Assembly (NCBI GenBank): GCA_949484645.1
Contig: CASYOT010000002.1
Coordinates: forward strand, 2,912 to 66,911
Length of the DNA stretch: 64,000 bases
Source of the DNA: an uncultured Lachnospiraceae bacterium
GTDB taxonomy: Bacteria > Bacillota > Clostridia > Lachnospirales > Lachnospiraceae
Direction of reading: 5' to 3'
Position 1 is the stretch's first letter; every line of letters begins with the position of its first letter. The position numbers and the translations under genes were made by a program. Of this stretch, positions 19,898 to 29,463 are shown in pieces. Under the pieces are notes generated by a model. The model did no database searches. It was not told where the DNA came from and saw only the letters and a program-made list of their open reading frames with translations.

Positions 19898-20785
19898 TTA
19901 ATAGAGTAACTGGAATAAATCTATTTCATCTTCATGTTCCAAATACCATTGATATAACTGGCGGACGGAATCTTCTATAGGCGTATATTCAAAACCGGTA
20001 AGTTCTTCCATTAAACGGGCGTTTGAAGCGGTATATTCTTTTGCCAGCCCTTCTTTACAAATGTAAATGGGGAGCTCTTTTCCGCTGATTTTTAGGACAA
20101 GGCGGCAGAGCTTTTCTAAACTGATTTTCTTTCCCGAGACGGCGTTATAGGTATGGCGGGTTGGGGCGTGATGCAAAAAATATTCTATGATCCGGCAAAA
20201 GTCTTCTACCCAGATGTAATCGAAATACACATTCTGCCGTATAGATAACGGCAGGTTTTTTATCGCTTTACAGCAGATATTTGAAATGAACTTCACGGGA
20301 TAATATTCATATTTCCCGAATATTCCGAAAAGCCGGAAGTTATAAACGTTGTCTGATTTTTCAATTAATTCCCCTATTGTATATTTCATCAAACCGTATT
20401 GGTCAGTCGGAAGGCTTTTGCCTAAATCTGTTTCCGCTACATTGGCAATGTCGAACCGTTTGTCATATTCTGCGCCTGAGCCAGAATAATACATCCTGCC
20501 AAAGAGATGGGAATTTTTATAGAAATTAAAAAAGATCCGCATATTATATTCAAATATTTTCGAACCGTCTTTCGATTTGTCTATGCTGTCGCCATATGAG
20601 GCAAAATGGAGGATGTAATCAAATCTGTGGGCTTTTAAATATTGTAATGTTTCCGTTTCTTCTATGCAGTTTAGCTCTTTGCTTGACGGAGTGTATATAT
20701 CATAATTACGGTCGTTTTTCTGGAGATATTCTTTTACGTTTCTGCCAACAAAACCGCTGGCTCCGGTAATTAATATTTTTGGCAT
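19898..20785 (-). CDS. short NAD(P)-dependent epimerase/reductase (SDR, RmlD/GDP-fucose-synthase-like size)
   Basis: MPKILITGASGFVGRNV Rossmann motif; 295 aa; paralog of 24661..25542 (shared ISNCCCKAIK...YFDY.W.EDFCRI segments). Confidence 0.7.
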   Translation of the reverse strand: MPKILITGASGFVGRNVKEYLQKNDRNYDIYTPSSKELNCIEETETLQYLKAHRFDYILHFASYGDSIDKSKDGSKIFEYNMRIFFNFYKNSHLFGRMYYSGSGAEYDKRFDIANVAETDLGKSLPTDQYGLMKYTIGELIEKSDNVYNFRLFGIFGKYEYYPVKFISNICCKAIKNLPLSIRQNVYFDYIWVEDFCRIIEYFLHHAPTRHTYNAVSGKKISLEKLCRLVLKISGKELPIYICKEGLAKEYTASNARLMEELTGFEYTPIEDSVRQLYQWYLEHEDEIDLFQLLY

Positions 20786-20955
20786 AATGTCCTCTTTTCC
20801 GAATATACAATTTTAGTTACATTTAGGGGGATGCAGCAATTAAAAAACCCTAATACTATATCGGCAATTTTTGGGGAAACATGAGAAGCGGTTGTTACGG
20901 AAAAGTTATATTTGTCCGATATAAAAATAAAGTATGGGAAAGGATGAGGGGGAAA

Positions 20956-22641
20956 ATGAGAGAAGATGAGCTTTTAGAATATGGAATACAGCAGTTTGAG
21001 AAAGAAATATACGAGGAAGCTTTAGAAGCGTTCGTTTTATTACATATGAGAGAATATAACCAAGAGGAAATCTTAAAGAATATCTATTCGTGTTATATGG
21101 AAGGGAATGAGGGGCAGTTTCGGGAGACATATGGACGTTGTAGTATTTTTAAGGAGATTCCCTATGAAGAATGTTTGCTCGATTTTGTTCCATATAAAGA
21201 AGGGGAATATTTTATTTATGATAAATTAAAAAGGGGGTTTTTGGGAACTCTTTCTTTGCCTGAAATTGAGCGTGAAAAAGAGCTGAATAGAGAATTTGAT
21301 GATATTGCGGTAGAACTTGACTGGGACTGGCGGTTGTTTAAGCCTGCTTTGAAGTGGACGGGCAAACATAAACTATACGCCATATGCCATGACAAACGGC
21401 GCTCGGTTTCATTCTGTAAGATCCCTGAAATGGAAAAATATTTTCAGAAGGTGTTTGCGTTTGGGGATCGAGAAGAATACCGGCAATATTTCCATACAAA
21501 TACCAGCGTATTTTTGCCACGTTTTTTTTGGGGGAATCAGGATGACAAACTTGCTTTGGCGCATATATGGGAGGAGGAGCACGCTTACCGTCTTACGCCT
21601 CAGGGAAGGAATACAGAGAATGTTGTGTTGTCAATCGGGATACCGACGCATGACCGTGGGAATTTAGCTTTGGAAAAAGTGGTAAATTTGCTGACGATGT
21701 GTTATGACGCAGAAATAGAAATACTGGTTTCTAAAAATGGTATGGCGTTATATCAAGAGGAATATCGTAAAATTGCCGCAATTTCTGATGCGAGGCTTCG
21801 TTATGTGGATCATAATAAGGAACTGACGGCGGATATTTCATGGATAAAAACGGTTGAGCTGTCGAAAGGACGGTTTACGTTGCTGGTCAGTGATGAGGAT
21901 AGTGTGATTATTGAAGCGCTTGATCACTATCTTTCAATGCTTTTGGAAAATCCGGAATTGATTTTTGTAAGGGCAAAAACGGCGCTGCAATATAGTTTTA
22001 TCACGACAAAGGAGATGAAAAAAGGAATAGACGCCTTTTCTCAGGTTTTTCTCCAGAATAATTATTTATCCGGCGCAATTTTAAGACGGGAGGCTTTTAT
22101 GCGGCTTCCATTTGAAAAAATTAAAGAGGAGGCCAAAAGCAATGCGTATTATATTTCATATACGCATGAATGGTGGTTTTGCTTTTTAAGTTTCGAAGGA
22201 GATTGCCGTTTGGATGGAGAATGTCTTGTTGAAGAAGGAGACTCTGTACGGGAGAAACAGGGGGAGCAGTACAAAAAACGGGGAGAAGACGCATTGTCTG
22301 CCGGATATGATTCAGATGGGGGCCTGCAAAGTTATGCCACATATGAGAGCAGGCTGGAACAATTTAAAGGATACATTGAGTTTATTCACTATATAGAGGG
22401 AAAAGGCGGGGGAAATCTGGCGCAAAAAGGGGTTAAACTTGCAATCAACAAAACAATCAGTCTGATTAAATTGGCGTATTTTGGATTTCATTATAAGACA
22501 GATGAGATTATGGAAGTGTTGGACAAGTTTAGCAGGCTTTGCATATCAGCAGTGGAAGAATTTGCTTTTACTGCGGAGGAGAAAGAGTCGCTGCTTCGGA
22601 TATTGCTTCATCAAATTCAAAATGGTGGATGGGAAATATAA
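20956..22641 (+). CDS. large GT2-domain protein with helical N-terminal domain (paralog 1), candidate glycosyltransferase
   Basis: Central VVLSIGIPTHDRGNLALEKV...LLVSDED segment resembles a GT2 Rossmann/DxD region; start set to M26 (ATG 20956) with GGATGAGGGGG RBS; 562 aa. Confidence 0.55.
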   Translation: MREDELLEYGIQQFEKEIYEEALEAFVLLHMREYNQEEILKNIYSCYMEGNEGQFRETYGRCSIFKEIPYEECLLDFVPYKEGEYFIYDKLKRGFLGTLSLPEIEREKELNREFDDIAVELDWDWRLFKPALKWTGKHKLYAICHDKRRSVSFCKIPEMEKYFQKVFAFGDREEYRQYFHTNTSVFLPRFFWGNQDDKLALAHIWEEEHAYRLTPQGRNTENVVLSIGIPTHDRGNLALEKVVNLLTMCYDAEIEILVSKNGMALYQEEYRKIAAISDARLRYVDHNKELTADISWIKTVELSKGRFTLLVSDEDSVIIEALDHYLSMLLENPELIFVRAKTALQYSFITTKEMKKGIDAFSQVFLQNNYLSGAILRREAFMRLPFEKIKEEAKSNAYYISYTHEWWFCFLSFEGDCRLDGECLVEEGDSVREKQGEQYKKRGEDALSAGYDSDGGLQSYATYESRLEQFKGYIEFIHYIEGKGGGNLAQKGVKLAINKTISLIKLAYFGFHYKTDEIMEVLDKFSRLCISAVEEFAFTAEEKESLLRILLHQIQNGGWEI

Positions 22642-22938
22642 CATTTTATTTTGTTCTAAAGTTTCTATAGGAAATATCCGATATATATTTATAGCAGTGA
22701 TTTCGGGCGTATTGTAAAAACCCAAAAATCATGGGGGGGGGGGGTAAACAGAATGAATAATTTTGTTTTGGATCGTTTTTCCAATTATATAAATAAAGAG
22801 TTTTGTATTGCCCTTCCGGGTGGTTTTTCAAAGAATTATTACTGGGCATCTATGATGCGTAAATAAAAAGTTGACATTTGCCAACTTTTTTGTTTTATAG
22901 AACACAAGTAAAATTAAGAAGGGGATGAAGGGCTTTTA

Positions 22939-24654
22939 ATGGGAAATAGAATATTAGATTATGCTTGTGAACAGTTTGAGAGCCGTAATTATTGTGAAGC
23001 GTTGGAAGCGTTTGTTTTAGCTTATATGAAAGGTTATGAGCCGGAATGGGTGATTGAAAACATTTATAATTGTTATGTGGCTTGTAATGAGCCGGAATTT
23101 CGCAATGCTTATGGAAAGTGTGGGGCAGAGGTAAGCTATGAGGATTGCGTGTTGGACTTTATGCCTTATAAAGAAGGGGAATATTATATTTTTGATAAAG
23201 AGCGAAAGCAATTTATTGGAAAGTTCTTAGTTTCAGAACTAAAGATGGTTTCATCAGAGGAAGCATTAAATGAAATCGAGTTTGGCGCGGTGGCGGAAGC
23301 GTTCCATTGGAATCTGAAGGAAGAATATCAACTGCTTGCGGCGGCAAAAGACAAGAAAGTGTATGCAGTCTGCCATGAAATCAATTATATTTCTTCCTTT
23401 TATAAAATACCGGAGTTAGAAGAATATAATAAAAATGTGAAATTGTTTCAGGATTTCAGTCAGTTTCAGCAATATTTCCATAAAAATACGGGAGTTTATC
23501 TGCCCCGGATTTTGTCAGGGGATTTAGAGAGTGTAAAAGAATTAAATGAAATAGTTGAAGCGGAACATCAATTTAGATTAACTCCGGAGGGACGCAATAC
23601 AGATCACGTATTGCTTACGATTGGGATACCTTCACGGAATAGAGGGAATCTTTTGTTAAAACGGCTGGAAAATCTGCGGAACATAAAACTGGATGCGGAA
23701 ATTGAAATTGCAATTTCGAAAAACGGCGTGGATTTCTATCAGGAAGAATATGATCAAGTGAATCAGGCGCAGGATTCCAGAATTTGTTATTATGATCATC
23801 ATAAGGATTTGGTGGCGCCTGAGAATTGGCATTTTGTGGTAGAAATGGCGCATGGGAAGTTTGTATTGCTGGTTTCGGATGAAGATGACATTATTTTAGA
23901 TTCTTTAGGGCATTATCTAAAGCTGATAACGGAGTATCCGCAAGCGAGTGTGATAAGGGCAAAGTCCTGCATATTTTATTCACGTTTATCGGAAAGATTG
24001 TATGCGGAAGGGACGGATGCATTAAAAAAAGGATTTTTGAAGCAAAATTATTTGTCAGGGTTGATTTTTAACAGGGAAAAGTTTCTAAAGCAAAATTTGC
24101 TGCGGTTAGAAAAATTCCGGGAAGATAATTTATATTATTGCCTGTATCCGCATGAGTGGTGGTGCGCCATTTTGTCAAAAAACGGCGTTTATATGGAAGA
24201 ACCGTTTTTGTTGGTTCAGGAACGTGAGTCTGTGATTCAGGAAGAAAACTCAAAATATATTGAAAAAGGAGTGATAGAAGAAGGAGAGCATATTGCAAAG
24301 GGAACAAGTCTGCCGGCGTATTCCACATATGAAAGCCGCTTACAGCAGTTTTTGGGCATGATGGAATTTGTGCGTTGGATTGCAGATGGGGATAAGGAGC
24401 TTGCTTTTTTTTGCGTTGCAAGTTGTATAAGTAAAATTTTATTTCTATTGCTGCTGGCAAGGGAGAGGGGGTATGAAGTCTCAAACTTTATGAATATAGT
24501 TGATAAATTTTGCAAAATGTCTATTGAAGCAATCCGTGAGTTTGATTTTTCTGAGGAACAGCAAGTGAAGTTATTATCAATATTAAAAACAAGCGCAATA
24601 GAAACATATGGGCAAGAGAGGGAGATTTTTGAAAAAGAACAGAATGCAGGATAG
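22939..24654 (+). CDS. large GT2-domain protein (paralog 2 of 20956..22641)
   Basis: Aligns with paralog 1 over its whole length (EALEAFVL..M..Y...I.NIY.CY......F...YG.C; GIP..NRGNL; LLVSDED; HEWW); AAGGGGATGAAGGG RBS. Confidence 0.55.
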   Translation: MGNRILDYACEQFESRNYCEALEAFVLAYMKGYEPEWVIENIYNCYVACNEPEFRNAYGKCGAEVSYEDCVLDFMPYKEGEYYIFDKERKQFIGKFLVSELKMVSSEEALNEIEFGAVAEAFHWNLKEEYQLLAAAKDKKVYAVCHEINYISSFYKIPELEEYNKNVKLFQDFSQFQQYFHKNTGVYLPRILSGDLESVKELNEIVEAEHQFRLTPEGRNTDHVLLTIGIPSRNRGNLLLKRLENLRNIKLDAEIEIAISKNGVDFYQEEYDQVNQAQDSRICYYDHHKDLVAPENWHFVVEMAHGKFVLLVSDEDDIILDSLGHYLKLITEYPQASVIRAKSCIFYSRLSERLYAEGTDALKKGFLKQNYLSGLIFNREKFLKQNLLRLEKFREDNLYYCLYPHEWWCAILSKNGVYMEEPFLLVQERESVIQEENSKYIEKGVIEEGEHIAKGTSLPAYSTYESRLQQFLGMMEFVRWIADGDKELAFFCVASCISKILFLLLLARERGYEVSNFMNIVDKFCKMSIEAIREFDFSEEQQVKLLSILKTSAIETYGQEREIFEKEQNAG

Positions 24655-24660
24655 GAAGAT

Positions 24661-25542
24661 ATGAAAACGATATTAATTTTAGGATCAACCGGATTTATAG
24701 GGAGAAATTTAAAGGAATGGTTTGAGAAAAAGAAACAGTACACAGTTTTATGTCCTAATCGCAAAGAACTGGATTTGCTCGATGAAAATATGGCAGATTC
24801 CTTTTTGGCGGCGCATAAAATAGATGTGGTTTTTAATTGCGCAATATTTTCTCCAAAGTCGGAAATGGAAGAATTGGAAGTGATTGAAAAGGATTTGCGT
24901 ATGTTTCTGAACCTTGAAAAAAATAAAGATAAATTTGGCAAAATGTTTTATTTTGGCTCTGGGGCGGAATATGATAAGACAAAGCCTATTGTACAAGTGA
25001 AAGAGACGGATATTGGGAAAAGCATTCCGAAAAGCAGATATGGCATGGTAAAATATGTAATTGGACAAATGATAGATGGATCGGATAATATCTATAATAT
25101 ACGGATATGGGGTCTGTTTGGGAAGTATGAAGACTGGTGGACGACATTTATATCGAATTGCTGTTGTAAAGCAATTAAGGATTACCCAATTTCCATTCGA
25201 AAAGACACGTATTTTGATTATCTTTGGATAGAGGATTTTTGCAGAATTGCCGAATGGGCAGTTGGACATGAATTTGAGAGCCATACATACCATGCAGGGA
25301 GCGGACGGCGTATCTTACTGTCAGAAATTGCAAAAATAGTAAGGGACGTCAGCGGCAGGGAATTAGACATTGTTATTTGCAATGAGGGGTTGGGCAATGA
25401 ATATACGGCGGACAGCTCACGTCTGATGAAGGAATATGGAAAAGACTATGTTACCCCTATGGAAACGGCAATCAGGGAATTGTATACATGGTATGAAACG
25501 CATCCGGAAATTATCAGTATGCAGAAATTAATATATGGTTAA
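24661..25542 (+). CDS. short NAD(P)-dependent epimerase/reductase (SDR), paralog of 19898..20785
   Basis: MKTILILGSTGFIGRNLKEW Rossmann motif; 293 aa; conserved blocks shared with the minus-strand paralog. Confidence 0.7.
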   Translation: MKTILILGSTGFIGRNLKEWFEKKKQYTVLCPNRKELDLLDENMADSFLAAHKIDVVFNCAIFSPKSEMEELEVIEKDLRMFLNLEKNKDKFGKMFYFGSGAEYDKTKPIVQVKETDIGKSIPKSRYGMVKYVIGQMIDGSDNIYNIRIWGLFGKYEDWWTTFISNCCCKAIKDYPISIRKDTYFDYLWIEDFCRIAEWAVGHEFESHTYHAGSGRRILLSEIAKIVRDVSGRELDIVICNEGLGNEYTADSSRLMKEYGKDYVTPMETAIRELYTWYETHPEIISMQKLIYG

Positions 25543-25570
25543 AACTTTTAGAGATTGAGAGGAATTTAAA

Positions 25571-26572
25571 ATGAACGATATTTTTGAAAACAAGTCAGTG
25601 CTGATTACCGGAGGGACGGGTTCTTTGGGAAAGTATTTTACAAGATACATTCTGACGCATTTTAATCCGCATCGGGTAGTGATATTTTCGCGTGATGAAT
25701 ATAAACAGAGCATGATGAAACAGGAATTTGCGCAGTATGGGGATAAGCTGAGATTTTTTATCGGTGACGTGAGGGATAAAGACAGGCTTCTAAGGGCGTT
25801 CGACAGAGTGCAGATTGTAATTCATGCAGCAGCGATTAAACAGGTGCCGACTTGTGAATATAACCCGATAGAGGCTATTAGGACGAATATTAATGGGGCG
25901 ATGAATGTCATTGACGCCGCGATTGACCGGAAGGTGGAGTGTGTTGTGGCGTTGTCAACGGACAAAGCGGTGAACCCGGTAAACTTATATGGCGGAACAA
26001 AATTAGTTTCGGACAAGCTTTTTGTGGCGGCGAATGCCTATGCAAAAATTTCAGGGACAAAATTTAGCGTTGTCCGGTATGGAAATGTGGCGGGCAGCAG
26101 GGGAAGCGTGATCCCGTTTTTTGAGAAACTTATGGCGGAAGGAAAGACAACGCTTCCGGTGACGGACGTGCGCATGACGCGGTTTTGGATTGATTTGGAG
26201 CAAGGGGTTAAATTAATTTTAAAAGCTTTATATACGGCTGTTGGCGGCGAAGTTTTCGTTTCTAAAATACCTTCTTTTAAAGTGACGGATTTGGTAAAAG
26301 CCATGAATCCGGATGGTTCCATTGAGGAAGTCGGTATCCGTGAAGGGGAAAAGCTGCATGAAGTAATGATTACAGATGTAGATTCAAGAAGGACGGTTGA
26401 ATTAGGGGACTGTTATGTGATTATGCCGGAATTTTCATGGTATAAGCCAAATGAAGAAATAAAAGCGGGGAAAAAGCTTCCAGATGAATTTGTTTATAGT
26501 TCAGATAAAAATACGAGCTGGCTTTCTGTGGAACAGCTTCAGGAAAAATTAAAATTATATCGAAAGAAATAG
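25571..26572 (+). CDS. pseB: UDP-N-acetylglucosamine 4,6-dehydratase (inverting), PseB/FlaA1/CapD family
   Basis: VLITGGTGSLGKYFTRYIL...HPHRVVIFSRDEYKQ...FFIGDVRD signature of the PseB/FlaA1 polysaccharide-biosynthesis family; 333 aa. Confidence 0.85.
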   Translation: MNDIFENKSVLITGGTGSLGKYFTRYILTHFNPHRVVIFSRDEYKQSMMKQEFAQYGDKLRFFIGDVRDKDRLLRAFDRVQIVIHAAAIKQVPTCEYNPIEAIRTNINGAMNVIDAAIDRKVECVVALSTDKAVNPVNLYGGTKLVSDKLFVAANAYAKISGTKFSVVRYGNVAGSRGSVIPFFEKLMAEGKTTLPVTDVRMTRFWIDLEQGVKLILKALYTAVGGEVFVSKIPSFKVTDLVKAMNPDGSIEEVGIREGEKLHEVMITDVDSRRTVELGDCYVIMPEFSWYKPNEEIKAGKKLPDEFVYSSDKNTSWLSVEQLQEKLKLYRKK

Positions 26573-26582
26573 AGGGATTCAT

Positions 26583-28040
26583 TTGGAACGGTTTGAATTA
26601 ACGGAAAAAACTAAACTATGGATTTACGGGGCAGCTTTTGGAGGGACGCTCTTATATGAAAAACTGCATAAGAATCATTATCAGGTGGAAGGGTTTATAG
26701 ATAAAAGGGCAGAGGAAATAGAGAGTTTATGCGGGCTTTCCGTCTATAGCGTAAAACAAGCCAAAGAACGTATGGGACGTGGGCAGCTAACAGTCATTAT
26801 TTCAGTGAAAAATGTGTTTGAACATAGCGGCATTGCCAGAGAGTTAATAAAAAATGGAATTACAAACATCATTTATAAGCCATATGCGGCTCTGAAAGGA
26901 TTTGCAGACGAATCAGCAAAAGAAATGTTTGAGCTTCATAATCAGTTGATTGATTGCGGCTTTTGTAAGGGCGGCAGGTTTTGCAGGGCGGACGAAATAG
27001 AAAAGAATTGGGAAATCCCAAAAGAATATCTGCTGGCCAAAGATTCCAAAATGCAGACAGTTTTTCTGCCTCTGCCTATGCTGTTTGAAAACCAAAGCGT
27101 TACGGGCGGATATAAGGAACGGAATGTTTGTTTTTTATATCCGCACATACAATTCTTCCGGTATCTTCAAGGAGAAGCCGGCGCTTCCTGCCAGCGCTAT
27201 CTGGAGTATTGTGAGATGGCAGTGGAAGAATTGGATTCTTTTCAAGTTACGGAAGCGTGGAAAGAAAATGTGATCCGAAACAGGGCAGATGTGTTTTACC
27301 AGATGAACCATGCGTTTTTGTTCCAGAAAGATTTTTTTGTCAGAAATTCGCCAGAGGCGGAATGGAATGAGGACGGATACTTTAACTTGAAAAGCGGGAA
27401 GCACAGAGCGGCATTTTTTGCCGCCCGCCGTCAGATGTATATTCCCGTAAAGATCACTCATTCGGATGCAGAAAAATGGATTTCTGAGGATAGGGCAAAT
27501 GAGGTGAAAAAAGAGCTTTTACAACAGGGCGTATTTGAATTAAAAGCTCCGGTTGAGCATCCATTTTTTTATCAGATGCCATGTACGGCAGAGAATTTTT
27601 TCTATGGCGTATGCTGTGCGTTGGCAGATGAACTCGGCGGGTTGTATTATCAAACGCCAATGGATCATGTACTGAAAGGCAAAAAGATATATTTGAATGT
27701 AGATGATTATGGGTTTGTCAGCCGTTTTTTCAGGAGAAGCGGGGCTATGGCATACGATGCCGATGAGAGGGACCGGAAATTGAAAGAAGCGTTAGAAAGG
27801 TTGTTTTCGCTTCGTTTTGGGAGGCTTGTCGCCGCTCAGGAACATTACGACTTGGCGGTGTTCAAAACAGACTGCCCGCAAAATTTGAAGCAATGTCTGG
27901 AAACTATTTTTGCGGATCATTATTTTATCCTTGCCCCAGAGAGTATTTTGTTGGAAACTGAGCGGATAAAAAGAGTTTATTGCGGGGCTGCGTGGGGAAA
28001 AAGCATGGTTTTGTGGCATTTGGAGAAATGTAATGTTTGA
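26583..28040 (+). CDS. uncharacterised protein family member 1 (PglD_N-like Rossmann N-domain + central DGHHR-type motif)
   Basis: TTG start after AGAGGGA RBS; N-domain KLWIYGAAFGGTLLYEKL...VEGFIDKRAEEI; central YFNLKSGKHRAAFFAARRQMYIPVKI; paralogs at 28033 and 30528. Confidence 0.5.
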   Translation: MERFELTEKTKLWIYGAAFGGTLLYEKLHKNHYQVEGFIDKRAEEIESLCGLSVYSVKQAKERMGRGQLTVIISVKNVFEHSGIARELIKNGITNIIYKPYAALKGFADESAKEMFELHNQLIDCGFCKGGRFCRADEIEKNWEIPKEYLLAKDSKMQTVFLPLPMLFENQSVTGGYKERNVCFLYPHIQFFRYLQGEAGASCQRYLEYCEMAVEELDSFQVTEAWKENVIRNRADVFYQMNHAFLFQKDFFVRNSPEAEWNEDGYFNLKSGKHRAAFFAARRQMYIPVKITHSDAEKWISEDRANEVKKELLQQGVFELKAPVEHPFFYQMPCTAENFFYGVCCALADELGGLYYQTPMDHVLKGKKIYLNVDDYGFVSRFFRRSGAMAYDADERDRKLKEALERLFSLRFGRLVAAQEHYDLAVFKTDCPQNLKQCLETIFADHYFILAPESILLETERIKRVYCGAAWGKSMVLWHLEKCNV

Positions 28041-29463
28041 CATTCAAAAAGAGAGCAGGATAGTCCTTTACGGGCATTCGCAATTTGACATTGTGAAAGA
28101 TAAATTCCGGGAACTAAAAGAACGTGGATATCAGGTGCTTGGATATATAGATCAAAGGGCAAAAGAGATTGAAACGTATGTACAGGCGCCTTGTTGGACA
28201 GTAGAAGATTTTCCAGTTGGGCTAAAAGAACGCCAAGACATCGTAATTATACTGTTATTGCAAAATGCGCGGATGCATGAGTCCGTTGTATCTTCACTTT
28301 GCGGCAGGGGATTTAAAAAATTTTTATTTATACCAGAAAAAGCGGATACATCTGAGAAAACATGTATGGTGCAAAAGTACAATGCCTTTATACGGTCAGA
28401 ATATGATGAGTTGATGGGGATTCCTGAATGGGACAGCTTGTGTTTAAATTCTGTAAAAGGTGGAAAGCGGTTTTTGAAATGTGGAAAAGAACGCTGTACG
28501 CTTTTGGTTCCGGTGGAAATGCTGTTTCTTTATGAACAGGAGCAGTCTTTAGAAGAAAACATCGCGTTTGCAGAGGATTATCTGGAGTTATTTGCGGTAT
28601 TGGAAGGAAAGGCATTTGAATGCGGCCGTTATTTTGATTTCATGGGAGCGGTGGAGAAGGAAGAAAAAGAAAAATTACTGGCTGACCGTTTGGCGTTATA
28701 TTGTTTGTGGGAACATTACAGACACTGCGATATAAATTATTTTATAGAAGCGGCTGCGCTTGTTTCATGGAACCGGAGAGGATATTTTAATATTATTGAC
28801 GGGCATCATAGAGTGATTTATCTGATGGCAAAGGGGTATAAGAAGATTCCCGTATCCATGCCGCTTAAAGATTATGATAAGTGGATAGGAGAGGCAGATC
28901 AGGCATTGTCCGCTGCGCTGCGCAGATTGCGCGTCCCAATTCCACATCCGTTTTTTTTGAATGAAGAATGTATCTATGAAACGCACTGGCAGAAAGTGAT
29001 TCATTATTTATATGCGGCAGGACAAAGCAGGGACTGCAGGTTTGTGGAAATAGATACTTATATGGGATATTATGCGGGGGCTTTCCAGAGAATTGTAAAA
29101 AAAGAAGCTCTGATAGTTTTAGAGAATGAGACGGATAAACGCTTATGTGAAAGTATGCAAAGGCTCATGCATCAAAAAATACCCATTTTGAACTATCCAG
29201 AAATTATGTTTCGCGAAACCGATCTTGTCTATCTGAAATTGGCTGGAAATGAGGAAGCGTCTTTTATGCGTTTTATAAAGGACGTAACTGGACAGTGTAT
29301 TTTGCTGGATATTCCTTGGGAAGAAGAAGGGAAGACGTTAAAAGAGGCTGTCCGCATTCTTGGGGGAGATTTGAAACAGATAGGCAGTTATCATAGAGAT
29401 AAGGCGTATGGAATTTATGTGATTGAAAGGAGTGTTGGCAATTATGGCAGAGGTGACGACTAG
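28033..29463 (+). CDS. uncharacterised protein family member 2
   Basis: RIVLYGHSQFDIV...VLGYIDQRAKEIE N-domain; YFNIIDGHHRVIYLMAKGYKKIPVSM motif (ParB/sulfiredoxin-like DGHHR); 8-nt overlap with member 1. Confidence 0.5.
   Translation: MFDIQKESRIVLYGHSQFDIVKDKFRELKERGYQVLGYIDQRAKEIETYVQAPCWTVEDFPVGLKERQDIVIILLLQNARMHESVVSSLCGRGFKKFLFIPEKADTSEKTCMVQKYNAFIRSEYDELMGIPEWDSLCLNSVKGGKRFLKCGKERCTLLVPVEMLFLYEQEQSLEENIAFAEDYLELFAVLEGKAFECGRYFDFMGAVEKEEKEKLLADRLALYCLWEHYRHCDINYFIEAAALVSWNRRGYFNIIDGHHRVIYLMAKGYKKIPVSMPLKDYDKWIGEADQALSAALRRLRVPIPHPFFLNEECIYETHWQKVIHYLYAAGQSRDCRFVEIDTYMGYYAGAFQRIVKKEALIVLENETDKRLCESMQRLMHQKIPILNYPEIMFRETDLVYLKLAGNEEASFMRFIKDVTGQCILLDIPWEEEGKTLKEAVRILGGDLKQIGSYHRDKAYGIYVIERSVGNYGRGDD

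Noticed and set aside
20786-20955. Possibility of an inversion or duplication boundary or mobile element between the divergent SDR (minus) and GT2-paralog (plus) genes
   Set aside because: Only 170 bp of AT-rich spacer with no inverted repeats, no transposase or integrase gene, and no direct repeats detected by eye. Simplest interpretation is a divergent promoter region.
22731-22748. ATG-G12-TAA mini-ORF (MGGGG*)
   Set aside because: Five codons and no RBS. Treated as an intergenic homopolymer, not a gene.
24237-25293. Two long minus-strand ORFs (234 and 181 aa)
   Set aside because: Antisense to the well-supported plus-strand GT2-paralog and SDR genes. Translations are low-complexity (Ser/Ile/Phe rich) with no motif.
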